64,000 bases of DNA from assembly GCA_023421955.1 (NCBI GenBank), contig JAEZSE010000021.1:9701-73700 (forward strand), in the 5' to 3' direction. The position numbers and the translations under genes were made by a program. The notes under the pieces are model-generated. The model was not told where the DNA came from. It saw nothing but the letters and a program-made list of their open reading frames with translations, and did not search any database. The stretch comes from Bacillota bacterium. Lineage in GTDB: Bacteria > Bacillota > Clostridia > Christensenellales > UMGS416. Positions 19,364 through 28,773 of the stretch are shown here, piece after piece; the stretch's first letter is position 1; the number at the start of each line of letters is the position of its first letter.

Positions 19364-20473
19364 TCACCCCATCAGCTCGTCGGCGGTGACGGCACAGGTG
19401 CGCGCCCTGCTCACACCGGCCCGGCCCAAAACCTCAAAGTAGGGAGATGCAATGCCGCAGCCGCACCGGGAACCCTCCCGCAGCACGGCAAGGTCACCCA
19501 TCATCACACTGACCAGCGGTGAGGAGGTGATAAGCGGCGTCACAAAACTCAAAAAGCCTGGCCGGTCATAACCCAGCGGCTCCAATGTTTTCAGGTCGCG
19601 GATGATCACGCGGCTCCAAATGGGCACATGAAAATGGTGCCGCTCACACTCGGCATAAGCCACGCTGTGCTCCACGGCGCTGTAGAAATCACGGCAGCGC
19701 TGCTGTGGCACACCAAGGGTTTCCTCCGCCATGCGGTAAAGCTCCGGTTTGTCAATCTGTGCATCGGAAAACTGCTTCCAGCCTCCGCCCAGCAGCACGA
19801 GGGAGTGTTTATTCAACTTTAGCTTTATACTCTCGGCATTAAGCGCCAGAATGAGTCGGTGAAGGAATGCCGGAAAGCCCACAAACCGCACCGGGAACCC
19901 CTGCCGTTCATATCGCTGCAATGTGTCGATCACGCCGAACCAGTCGGGCTTGTAGCCATCGGCGCTATGGCGCAGCACAAACTGGCGGTGCAGCGCCGGT
20001 GCAAAGCGCGTCACGCCCATCGCCGTCTTCACCGCGCCCATCTGGTTGCCCTCCCAGGGCTCATAACCCAGCATCAAGTAGTTTGTGGGTATTGGTGAAA
20101 TGAGCCCGTGCCAGCGGAAGCAGTTCACTGCCATTTGGGTGCCCAGCTTTAGTGAGCCGTCATCGATGAACACCTGGCTTTTCTGCCCCTGGGTGCCCGA
20201 TGAAGTGGCGTGGATGCTGACCTGCTCGCGCCCGACACTCAACACTTCATGATATTTGAAGAACTGCGCCGGGATCACCGGGATGGCGGAGAAGTCCTCT
20301 GCAGTGCGGATCACTGACGAATCAAAGCTCCGGCTTTGCAGAAGCCGGGCATAAAACTCCGACCGCGCGGCGTGGTGCGCCACATTGTCGCGCACGGCCT
20401 CGGCAAACAGGCCATTGGTGCCGGCAAGGTTGTAGATGTCTCTGCGCCGGAACAGCTCAGTGCGTGCGTCCAT
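19364..20473 (-). CDS. luxE: LuxE-family acyl-protein synthetase
   Basis: 369 aa with an adenylate-forming motif SSGTQGQKS and LuxE-like N-terminal region. A 4-nt gap separates it from luxC. Confidence 0.65.
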   Translation of the reverse strand: MDARTELFRRRDIYNLAGTNGLFAEAVRDNVAHHAARSEFYARLLQSRSFDSSVIRTAEDFSAIPVIPAQFFKYHEVLSVGREQVSIHATSSGTQGQKSQVFIDDGSLKLGTQMAVNCFRWHGLISPIPTNYLMLGYEPWEGNQMGAVKTAMGVTRFAPALHRQFVLRHSADGYKPDWFGVIDTLQRYERQGFPVRFVGFPAFLHRLILALNAESIKLKLNKHSLVLLGGGWKQFSDAQIDKPELYRMAEETLGVPQQRCRDFYSAVEHSVAYAECERHHFHVPIWSRVIIRDLKTLEPLGYDRPGFLSFVTPLITSSPLVSVMMGDLAVLREGSRCGCGIASPYFEVLGRAGVSRARTCAVTADELMG

Positions 20474-20529
20474 CGTTCCTCCTCATGTCATGTGACAATA
20501 AAGACAAACGGGTTCATCGCTTGATTTCG

Positions 20530-21420
20530 CTATTTCAAGTATGGCTTCCCGCCCTGAAAATCGACCTCAACCCTGGAGACATACCATGTCACCCCATTGT
20601 CCGGGCTGCCCTGGTAAAACAGATGCACCCTGCCATCCTCATCGCGGAATGCAAACGGATGACCGGACTCGCTGGCATTCCACGCGCCTTCCGGCCCGTT
20701 GGCCAAAAACGGCTCAACGCTGATCCGCTCGAAAAACACACCATCCGATGATACGGCGCAGCCAACCTGCTGCGGCATGCAGTTGTAGGAGCCGCCGTAA
20801 AACAGATAAATCTTGCCTCCATGGCAGACGCACGCAGGGGCCTCAATGCACTCGCCTTCCCAAGAAAGCTCCGGGCTCAGCAGCGCCTGGTTTGCAAGCG
20901 GCTTCCACGACCCTGCGGAAAAGCCAGAATCCAGCTCCGCTACCGCCCCACCCACCTTCTGGACGCGGAATGAATGGTCGCGGGTGGCGAAGTACAGGTG
21001 CAGTCTGCCGTTGAACACACACAAGTCCGCGTCGATGGCCCTGCCGCAGCACCAGGTGGCTTCCGGCCGATAAACCGGGTTGGCTTCATCCTTCACAAAG
21101 GTGAGACCGTCAGTGGATGTGGCGTGGCAGATCGCGTCCTGCCTGCTGTTGCCGTAGGTCTGGTAAAACAGGTGGATCACGCCATCCAGCACAATGGCGC
21201 CGGGCGCGGCAATGCCGTTCTTTTCACAGTCCTGCGTGGGCTTGATTTCGCCGGTTACCTCCCAATTCTCCAGGTCGGTGGACCGGGCGATGCCGATCGT
21301 CCAGCCAGGGCCGTCGGTCTTGGGGGAAAGGGAGTGATAAAGCCAGTAGGTGCCGTGGAGTTTCACAACGGCGGGGTCTTTTGCGAACAGGCGGCCGGAG
21401 ACATCGCGGGCGAATAGCAT
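20530..21420 (-). CDS. Five-bladed beta-propeller glycoside hydrolase (GH43-like clan)
   Basis: Repeated blade pattern (DP.V..., W.LYH/LFY, STDG..F). No signal peptide. Confidence 0.55.
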   Translation of the reverse strand: MLFARDVSGRLFAKDPAVVKLHGTYWLYHSLSPKTDGPGWTIGIARSTDLENWEVTGEIKPTQDCEKNGIAAPGAIVLDGVIHLFYQTYGNSRQDAICHATSTDGLTFVKDEANPVYRPEATWCCGRAIDADLCVFNGRLHLYFATRDHSFRVQKVGGAVAELDSGFSAGSWKPLANQALLSPELSWEGECIEAPACVCHGGKIYLFYGGSYNCMPQQVGCAVSSDGVFFERISVEPFLANGPEGAWNASESGHPFAFRDEDGRVHLFYQGSPDNGVTWYVSRVEVDFQGGKPYLK

Positions 21421-21559
21421 AATGAACCTCTAAACAAGTATTCAATGAAGTTAAAAACATTTTACTTCAGATGCATGCTATCATCAACCGAATTCCAGAT
21501 ATGACAAGGGGGAGCCATGCAGCTCCCCCTCACTCGTTTCACTTGCTCTTGAATGACAA

Positions 21560-23539
21560 TCAGCAATTCACATGCAGCGTGCCGATCTCCAGATCCTTGA
21601 TGTAGAGCTTGTCATCGATCAGCGCCGAGTTGGTGAACGGCGTGGGCCCGATACTGAAGCAGTGGATGCCGTTGATCGTCAGGTTCTTGCAGTTGTTGAT
21701 GATCGCCGCGTTGGGGTGCTGGATGTCGATGGCCTGCACCCGGTATTGGAACAGGTTGGCGATCTCCAGGTTCCAGCAGTCCTGAATGCGGATGGAGGAG
21801 GCATACTCGCTGCCCAGGTTCTCCTCGGTCTGCAGCGCCACGATCTTCCAGTTGGACACGCGCTCCAGCACAACCTCAATATCCAGGTGGTGCTCCACCG
21901 AGATCATCCAGATCTGGCCGGGGGCGCTGGTGTCGCTGATATGGAAGCCGTCCCTCGTCCACACGTCAGGCATCCAGATGTTCTTGAACACACCGGCACC
22001 TTCATCGTGCACATAGATGCCATAGTAACGGTCACGGCCCTTGCGGCTATTACCGTCGTAGCTGCCGAAGCCGAAGAGGCAATCCTCCATGATGCTGGAC
22101 GGATCGCCCATCCAATCCACCTGGATCACGCCCTTGTTTTCGCCGCCGTCAAAGCAGATGCCGGACACGTGGTTCTTGCCGCCCTTGGGCACGATGAACA
22201 TCGAAGCCGGCGCGCGGTCATTGTCATAACCCGGCGTGTGGTCCATCAGTTTCAATCTGGTCATGCTGCAATGGAGGCCCAGAATGGCGGTGTCCTGCTT
22301 CAATTCCAGCCCGCGGGAGATCACATAAATGCCCTGGGGCAGATAGATTGCCTTGTGCTGGGCAATGGCCTGCTCGAAGGCCTGCGTGTCGTTGGTCACG
22401 CCGTCACCCTTGGCACCCAGGTCCTTGATGTTCACCCATTCAGTGTAGGCAGGCATGGGCACATAGTCGGGCTCGGAGGCCGGGGGCAAGCTGCTCTGCG
22501 GTTTCACATCATAACGCAGGTCGAAACGACGCTTCACATCCTGGTTGTCCACGTCGATGCGCAGGCCCATGTCGATGTCCACGCTGTAGCACTCATGCGC
22601 AGGCTCGATGTGGGGCACGCCGATGTGGTGGTTGTACTGGTAGCCGAAGGACTCCAGGAACCGCGGCACCTTCTTGCAGAAGATTTTGTTGGCATGCAGC
22701 CAGTTCTGCGGATAACGCACCATGTTCATGCTGATACCGGCCTCGGAAAGGTTTTCCAGGCGGCAATCCTGCATGTAGAGGCGCTCAAACTCCTCAATGT
22801 AGTGGTTGTCGCGCTCCTTGGTGGGCACCCAAATGCCATAAGGGGCGTTGGAGAGCGTGACGCGCAGCATTGTCATGCCGGCGCGGAACGTGGAAATGCA
22901 CGCGCGGGACTGCCCGGAGAACACACTGTCGCCCAGATAGAAAGGCCAATAGGGCACAGTCTCGCCGGTCAGGATGCCATACTGGCCACCGAAAAACCGG
23001 CAGCGCTCCATCTCGTTGCCAATCATCTCCACGGCAGCGCGGGAGTCTTCCATATAGAAGTCCACATCCTCAATGGAGCAAAGCTGCGCCACGCGGAAGC
23101 GGCAGGCCACCAGGCCGGGGTTGCCCTTCCCCACCTTGAAGTCAATATTCCGGATGCCGTTGAAGAACGTGACATTCTGCGCGTCGCGAAGCTCCTCACC
23201 GGGGCCGGGCTTGTTCACGCGGAAATGGAAGATGTATTTGGAATCGGGGCCCTGAAAGCCGAGGGTATTGTCTGCCACGGTGAACACCGGTCGCTTGGCT
23301 CCGAAGCCAATCAGGCGGATGCCCCTCCAAAGCTCCACAGTGCCGGCGAAGCGATAGGTGCCTTCGGGAATGAAAATGATCCCGTTTTTCACCTCGGCCT
23401 CCAGTTTGTCAATGGCGGCCTGCATCGCGGCAGTGTTGTCACCCTTGCCGGTTGGGTCTGCGCCGAACTCACTGGCGGTAAACACATAGGCTTTGGGGTC
23501 ATTGGGTTTGACCGGGAAAACTGATGTGCCGTACTGCAT
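21560..23539 (-). CDS. Double right-handed beta-helix protein (two pectate-lyase-3 / GH28-related or GH55-like domains)
   Basis: Two copies of the N-cap motif (FGADPTGKGDNTAAMQAAID and LGAKGDGVTNDTQAFEQAI). Start at 23539 is preceded by GGAAG. Confidence 0.65.
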   Translation of the reverse strand: MQYGTSVFPVKPNDPKAYVFTASEFGADPTGKGDNTAAMQAAIDKLEAEVKNGIIFIPEGTYRFAGTVELWRGIRLIGFGAKRPVFTVADNTLGFQGPDSKYIFHFRVNKPGPGEELRDAQNVTFFNGIRNIDFKVGKGNPGLVACRFRVAQLCSIEDVDFYMEDSRAAVEMIGNEMERCRFFGGQYGILTGETVPYWPFYLGDSVFSGQSRACISTFRAGMTMLRVTLSNAPYGIWVPTKERDNHYIEEFERLYMQDCRLENLSEAGISMNMVRYPQNWLHANKIFCKKVPRFLESFGYQYNHHIGVPHIEPAHECYSVDIDMGLRIDVDNQDVKRRFDLRYDVKPQSSLPPASEPDYVPMPAYTEWVNIKDLGAKGDGVTNDTQAFEQAIAQHKAIYLPQGIYVISRGLELKQDTAILGLHCSMTRLKLMDHTPGYDNDRAPASMFIVPKGGKNHVSGICFDGGENKGVIQVDWMGDPSSIMEDCLFGFGSYDGNSRKGRDRYYGIYVHDEGAGVFKNIWMPDVWTRDGFHISDTSAPGQIWMISVEHHLDIEVVLERVSNWKIVALQTEENLGSEYASSIRIQDCWNLEIANLFQYRVQAIDIQHPNAAIINNCKNLTINGIHCFSIGPTPFTNSALIDDKLYIKDLEIGTLHVNC

Positions 23540-23582
23540 GGTGCTTCCTTCATCCTTTCTCATCCACGGAATGGTTGGAAAA

Positions 23583-23663
23583 ATGGAGAACCTTAACTCG
23601 GGTTTTGGCGCTCCATACCGTGATGTTACCTGGTGCGGCGCACGGATTATGGAGAACCTTAAC
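23583..23663. promoter_or_regulatory. Pair of perfect 15-bp direct repeats in a divergent promoter region
   Basis: ATGGAGAACCTTAAC occurs at 23583-23597 and again at 23649-23663 (66 bp start to start), upstream of the beta-helix gene. Confidence 0.4.
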
Positions 23664-23905
23664 CCAAACGATATCATAAACCATTTGGGCAAAAAATCCA
23701 AGTCCAATTCCACATATTCGCCAGTATTGATAAAAAACTGCTTCGGAATTAGCAAAAGCAGTCATGCCGTTTCACCTATCATGTTTACGTTTAGTACCAA
23801 ATATACCCGATGCATCCTGCAGTGCCCCGGGCACTGAAATATGGTAAAATATGTATTAGGGCTTTCATAAATGAGAAGGAGCGCCCAACGATCCAGGAGG
23901 GAACT

Positions 23906-24691
23906 ATGGACTATACTCAAACAAACAAGCAAGCATGGGAAGAGGCGTTCGAGCACCGCAAGCCCGGTTGGGGAGACGACAACGCAGAGATACTGAAAAC
24001 CCAACGCCTGCCCTTTCTCAATGCACATTTCGTCCAGGAGCTTGAAAAAACCAATTGGGCTGGCAAGGCAGTGGCGCAGTTCTGCTGCAACAACGGCCGC
24101 GAGCTGCTGTCTCTGATGCAGCTGGGCGCTGCGCGCGGCGTGGGGTTTGATATCGCTGAAAACCTGTTGGGCCAGGCGCGGAAGACCGCTGAAACAGCGG
24201 GCATCCCCTGCGAGTTTGTGTGCACTGACATCCTTCAAATCGGCCAGGAATACGAGAATGCTTTTGACATGGTGTTTTTCACAATCGGCGCGATCACATG
24301 GTTTCAAGACTTGAATGCACTGTTTTCCATCGTCACCCGCTGCCTGAAGCCAGGCGGCGTGATGTTTCTGCACGATTTTCACCCCGTGGTGAACATGCTG
24401 CCAATGCCCGGCGAGGAAGCATTTGACGGACAGCCCAAGCTGGCTCACTCCTATTTCAAGACTGAGCCATGGATTGAAAACAGCGGCATGGGCTACATGA
24501 CCACAGAGTATCAATCCAAGACCTTCACCAGCTTCTCGCATACGGTCGGAGCAATCCTCAATGCCCTGATTAAAGCAGGATTTACAATCCGGAGGTTTGA
24601 TGAATTTGATTATGACGTGGGCATGACGGATGCATACGACGGCAAAGGCTTTCCGCTCTCCATGTTGCTAAGCGCTGATAAAACTGCCTGA
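23906..24691 (+). CDS. Class I SAM-dependent methyltransferase
   Basis: Motif I region QFCCNNGRELL and post-I D.AENLL. AGGAGG lies upstream of the ATG at 23906. Confidence 0.75.
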   Translation: MDYTQTNKQAWEEAFEHRKPGWGDDNAEILKTQRLPFLNAHFVQELEKTNWAGKAVAQFCCNNGRELLSLMQLGAARGVGFDIAENLLGQARKTAETAGIPCEFVCTDILQIGQEYENAFDMVFFTIGAITWFQDLNALFSIVTRCLKPGGVMFLHDFHPVVNMLPMPGEEAFDGQPKLAHSYFKTEPWIENSGMGYMTTEYQSKTFTSFSHTVGAILNALIKAGFTIRRFDEFDYDVGMTDAYDGKGFPLSMLLSADKTA

Positions 24692-24794
24692 TATGGCGGA
24701 CTTCAGCAATCCTTAAGCTTGCGGCAGGTGTTTGTTCATGGACAATGCCACAGGCCCCGTATATAATGGAGCTACTACCAAACAGAGGAACTTG

Positions 24795-25937
24795 ATGGGT
24801 TTTTCATCAGAAACACTGGCATTGCTGGATTACGCCAAGGATATGCGCCGCGCACTGCACCGCATCCCCGAGAGAGGGCTGGAGGAGCATTGCACGCAGC
24901 GTTTCATCCTGGAACAACTAAACGCCATGGGCATTAATGCTCAGCCAATCGCCGTCACAGGCGTCAAGGCGGTGCTTCATGGCGGAAAGGCGGGGCCTGT
25001 CACTGCGCTCAGGGCCGATATGGACGCTCTGAACGTTTGTGAGAAGACCGGCTGTGATTTTACAAGCAAGCATGAGGGCTGGATGCACGCATGCGGTCAT
25101 GATGGCCATATGGCGGGGCTGCTGGCCACGGCCCGGTTGCTCAAGGAAAACCTGGATCGGGTCTCCGGCACGGTGGTGTTGCTCTTCCAGCCCTGCGAGG
25201 AGCTGGTCAAAGGCGCCCGGATGCTGATGGAAGCAGACGCGCTGGATAACCCTGTGGTGGGCCGCGTGTTTGCTTTCCACCTGATGCCGCACCTGCCGGA
25301 GGGCACGATCGGCGTGGTCTCGGGGCCGGTGATGGCCGCAGCATGTGAGTTTGCTATTGATGTGACAGGCCGAAGCGCCCATGGCGCGATGCCCCATCTG
25401 GCTGTGGACGCCATTGCGGCGGCGGCAGCATTTGTGACCGGAGCGCAGGCGGTAATCTCCCGCGTGAAGCCGCCGGAAGCACCGGGGTTGTTGACATTTG
25501 GCAAGTTTGTGGGGGGCAGCCGCCACAACATCATAGCCGGGCATGTGGAGCTTGAGGGCACACTGCGGGCTTATGACGACGGTGTGATGGCAAGCATGCG
25601 GCAGAGCCTGCTTGGGCACCTCAAGGGCCTGGAGCAAGCCTGGGGTGTCACAACCCAGTTCAGGGTGCTGAGTGAAGTGCCGGTGACCGCCAACGATCCC
25701 GGGTTGGCCCAGCTGGCCCTGTCGCTGGCTCCCGATCTCACCACGGTTGCGGCGCCGCTCACCGTGGCGGAAGACTTTAGCCTTTACCGGCAGAAGGCAC
25801 CGGCGTTCATGGGCTTGCTTGGCTGCCGCAATGAGGAATCGGGCTTCACCGAGCCGCTGCATAGCGACCGGTTCAATTTCCGCGAGCATGCGCTTCTTGC
25901 CGCGGTGGAATTCTACAAACGGCTGTTGGTCACCTGA
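24795..25937 (+). CDS. M20/M25/M40 family amidohydrolase (N-acyl-amino acid / hippurate hydrolase-like)
   Basis: RRALHRIPE, HACGHDGH and FQPCEE metal-binding motifs. Confidence 0.85.
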   Translation: MGFSSETLALLDYAKDMRRALHRIPERGLEEHCTQRFILEQLNAMGINAQPIAVTGVKAVLHGGKAGPVTALRADMDALNVCEKTGCDFTSKHEGWMHACGHDGHMAGLLATARLLKENLDRVSGTVVLLFQPCEELVKGARMLMEADALDNPVVGRVFAFHLMPHLPEGTIGVVSGPVMAAACEFAIDVTGRSAHGAMPHLAVDAIAAAAAFVTGAQAVISRVKPPEAPGLLTFGKFVGGSRHNIIAGHVELEGTLRAYDDGVMASMRQSLLGHLKGLEQAWGVTTQFRVLSEVPVTANDPGLAQLALSLAPDLTTVAAPLTVAEDFSLYRQKAPAFMGLLGCRNEESGFTEPLHSDRFNFREHALLAAVEFYKRLLVT

Positions 25938-25957
25938 CAGGAAAGGCGAGGATCACA

Positions 25958-26875
25958 ATGTTCAAGGGCTTTTTCAACCGCATGTACAACGGTAACCCCA
26001 ACCGGCCCGATCTGGACCCAGGCGATATGCCGAAGAACAGGTTTGAGCTGTTTTTCACCACGCTCGGCGTGCGGATCGGCGACCTGATGAAGCTGAATAT
26101 GCTGTTGATCGTGTTTCTGCTGCCAATTGAGCTGTGGACCATCTGGACGCTGATGGCGATGAACGCCGGCCTGGCGGGAATCGACATGAGCGGCGGCGTG
26201 CCCCAGGTGGTCACAGAAAACCTGTTGAGTCAGCTTTCCTTCTATCTGATGGTCAACATTGTGCTGTTACCGCTGGCCGGCCCACCACTGGCCGGTATGA
26301 CCTATGTGGTTCGCAACTACGCCCGCGATGAGCACGCGTGGCTGTGGAGCGATTTCAGAGATCACATGAAGGCCAACTGGAAACAGTCGATGCTGCTGAT
26401 GCTGATTCTCGCGCTGATCATGTTCTTATCGTTTGTCGTGCTGTCGATGTATGCCTTTGCGCTGCAAACCCAGCAGTGGCTGTGGTTTATGATGACGCTG
26501 TATATCATTTTCCTGAGTTTATTCGTCCTGAGTTATATGTACGCGTTCCCGATGATGGTCACCTACAAGCTGAAGCTGGGGCAGATCCTGCGTAACAGCC
26601 TGATGCTGTCTATGGGCCGCCTGCCCTTCACGATCATCTTCGGCGTGCTTGCTGCCTTCCCGGTGGTGCTGGCAATTCTGATCTTCGGAGCCACCGGCTC
26701 CCCCATCGCGCTGCTGGCGTTGGCGCTGTACTACGCGCTGCTGGGGATCACGCTCACGGCATTCATCACCAACAGCTACACCAACGCCACCTTTGACAGG
26801 CTGATGCGCTCCGATTCCGGGCAGGACGACAGGCGCCCGCCGTTGGACCCGGAAGACAGGGAGATCAAGCCGTAA
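25958..26875 (+). CDS. YesL-like DUF624 integral membrane protein
   Basis: N-terminal FFNRMY...NRFELFF pattern and about six TM helices. Confidence 0.7.
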   Translation: MFKGFFNRMYNGNPNRPDLDPGDMPKNRFELFFTTLGVRIGDLMKLNMLLIVFLLPIELWTIWTLMAMNAGLAGIDMSGGVPQVVTENLLSQLSFYLMVNIVLLPLAGPPLAGMTYVVRNYARDEHAWLWSDFRDHMKANWKQSMLLMLILALIMFLSFVVLSMYAFALQTQQWLWFMMTLYIIFLSLFVLSYMYAFPMMVTYKLKLGQILRNSLMLSMGRLPFTIIFGVLAAFPVVLAILIFGATGSPIALLALALYYALLGITLTAFITNSYTNATFDRLMRSDSGQDDRRPPLDPEDREIKP

Positions 26876-26913
26876 TTACATAAAAACCCCTCTCACCCCG
26901 ATACTATGACGGG

Positions 26914-27102
26914 GTGATACTTGTGAAGAAACTCAATATGGAAAAGGAACGCATGAAATTCGAAGCAGCCGCAGAGCTGGGTTTGGCCGAAAAGCTGCTC
27001 CGCACCGGTTGGGGCGGCTTAACCAGCGAGGAGACAGGCCGCATCGGCGCCCTGCTCTCCGGCAAAGCCCGTGTCAAAAACAATGGGAGCAGCCGGCCGT
27101 GA
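26914..27102 (+). CDS. Small acid-soluble spore protein, alpha/beta type
   Basis: KFEAAAELGL....GWGGLTSEETGRIG matches the conserved SASP DNA-binding core. The start is uncertain (GTG 26914 or ATG 26938). Confidence 0.7.
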   Translation: MILVKKLNMEKERMKFEAAAELGLAEKLLRTGWGGLTSEETGRIGALLSGKARVKNNGSSRP

Positions 27103-27851
27103 GCGTGCAGGATAATGCCTACAGCGCCCTGGCCGTGGTGTATGACCGGCTGGGCCATCATGACTACAGGGCCTGGGGCGATTACCTGACCGGGCTGCTG
27201 CTGGACATGGACGTGCAGCCGGGTGGCAAGCTGATCGACGCCGCGTGCGGCACCGGTGGCATCTCGCTGGAGCTGATCAAATCTGGCTATTCGGTGCTGG
27301 GCATTGACATTTCCCAGCAGATGCTCACCGAAGCCGCCGCGAAAGCAGCAAAGGCCGGAGCGCCGATCACCTTTGTGAAGCAGGACATCCGCGCCATGCG
27401 GGTGCACCGGCCGGTGGACGGTATTGTCTGCGCCTGCGACGGTGTGAACTACCTGCTGGAGCCTGACGACCTCAGGCAGTTTTTGTGCAGCGCCCGCAAG
27501 AGCCTGAAAAAGGGCGGCGCGCTTTTGTTTGATGTGAGCAGCGAGGAAAAGCTCGTTGCGATGGACGGCCAGCTCTACGGCGAGGAAACCGATGACACTG
27601 CTTATCTTTGGACCAACACACTGGACCGGGAGACCATGGTGATCACCATGGACATCACGCTGTTTGTGCGCCATTGGGAGTATTGGCGCAGGGAGAACGA
27701 GGTGCACCGCCAGCGGATCTGGACAGAGGAAGAGATCTCAACCGCGCTCACCCAGTGCGGCTACGAGCTTAAGGCAGTCTACGGGGCGTTCACAAAAGAA
27801 AAGCCCAAGCCCGGCTGCGACAGGCTGCAGTTTGTGGCACAGGCGGTATAA
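27099..27851 (+). CDS. Class I SAM-dependent methyltransferase
   Basis: Motif I LIDAACGTGGISLEL. The GTG start overlaps the SASP stop codon. Confidence 0.8.
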   Translation: MSVQDNAYSALAVVYDRLGHHDYRAWGDYLTGLLLDMDVQPGGKLIDAACGTGGISLELIKSGYSVLGIDISQQMLTEAAAKAAKAGAPITFVKQDIRAMRVHRPVDGIVCACDGVNYLLEPDDLRQFLCSARKSLKKGGALLFDVSSEEKLVAMDGQLYGEETDDTAYLWTNTLDRETMVITMDITLFVRHWEYWRRENEVHRQRIWTEEEISTALTQCGYELKAVYGAFTKEKPKPGCDRLQFVAQAV

Positions 27852-27873
27852 CGGGCGAAACAATCTCCGGAGG

Positions 27874-28773
27874 ATGAATTTGCAGGATAACGTCTATCGG
27901 TACTTGGCGGCTGGAGGCAATGTGCGCATCTCGCTGGCCCAAACCACACAGGCAGCGGAGGAGGCAAGCCGCATCCACGGAGCAACGCCGGTGGCTGCTG
28001 CGGCGATGGGCCGCACGCTCACAATGGCGCTGCTGCTGGCATCAGAGCTGAAGGGAGACGGCAGTGTGTCTGTCACGATCACCGGAGGAGGCCCCATCGG
28101 CAAGGTAATCGCTGTGGCCCGGCCTGACGGCACCGTAAAGGTGTATTGCTCCGACCCCACAGTGCACCTACCCACACGCCCCGACGGCAAGCTGGATGTG
28201 GGCGGCGCGGTGGGCCGGCAGGGCAAGCTGGCCGTAGTCAAGGATCTGGGTATGCGCGAGCCCTATATCGGCCAGGTAAATTTAGCCACCGGCGAGATCG
28301 GGGAAGACTTCGCGCTGTATCTGGCCGCATCCGAGCAGCAGCCGTCGCTGGCAGCGCTGGGTGTGCTGGTTTCACCGGAGGGCCCGGTGCTTTCTGCGGG
28401 CGGCATTGTGGTGCAGCCCCTGCCTGGTTGCCCGGAGGAAACGGTTTCCCATCTGGAGCTGATCGCCCCAACACTGGGCGACATCAGCCGCAGACTGCTG
28501 GACGAAGGGACGGACGGCGTGATCCAATCCACCTTCCATGGTATGGATCCGCAGCGCATCGGCGAAATGCCGGTGGAGCTGAAATGCGACTGCAACCGCG
28601 ATCGCATCGAGCGAGCACTCATTTCTCTTGGTGCCAAGGAACTCGGTGACATGATCGAGCAAGACGGCGGCGCAGAGGTGCGCTGCCACTTCTGCACACA
28701 AGCATATGAATTCACCGCCGAAGAGTTGGGCGCGCTGCAAACTCAGGCGGTATACGGAAGCGAGGGAGAATAA
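27874..28773 (+). CDS. hslO: Hsp33 family redox-regulated chaperone
   Basis: C-terminal zinc centre CDCNRDR...CHFC. GGAGG lies upstream. Confidence 0.9.
   Translation: MNLQDNVYRYLAAGGNVRISLAQTTQAAEEASRIHGATPVAAAAMGRTLTMALLLASELKGDGSVSVTITGGGPIGKVIAVARPDGTVKVYCSDPTVHLPTRPDGKLDVGGAVGRQGKLAVVKDLGMREPYIGQVNLATGEIGEDFALYLAASEQQPSLAALGVLVSPEGPVLSAGGIVVQPLPGCPEETVSHLELIAPTLGDISRRLLDEGTDGVIQSTFHGMDPQRIGEMPVELKCDCNRDRIERALISLGAKELGDMIEQDGGAEVRCHFCTQAYEFTAEELGALQTQAVYGSEGE

Noticed and set aside
21572-23524. 650-aa plus-strand ORF
   Set aside because: It is fully antisense to the beta-helix protein gene, which has clear domain motifs. Its translation is a low-complexity Ala/Gly/His/Val-rich string, typical of a shadow ORF in high-GC DNA.
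23540-23905. Strand switch (about 22 kb of minus-strand genes to the left, about 21 kb of plus-strand genes to the right) as a possible replication origin
   Set aside because: No dnaA/dnaN/gyrB genes are nearby and I could see no cluster of TTATCCACA-type DnaA boxes. Divergent operon blocks of this size occur away from oriC.
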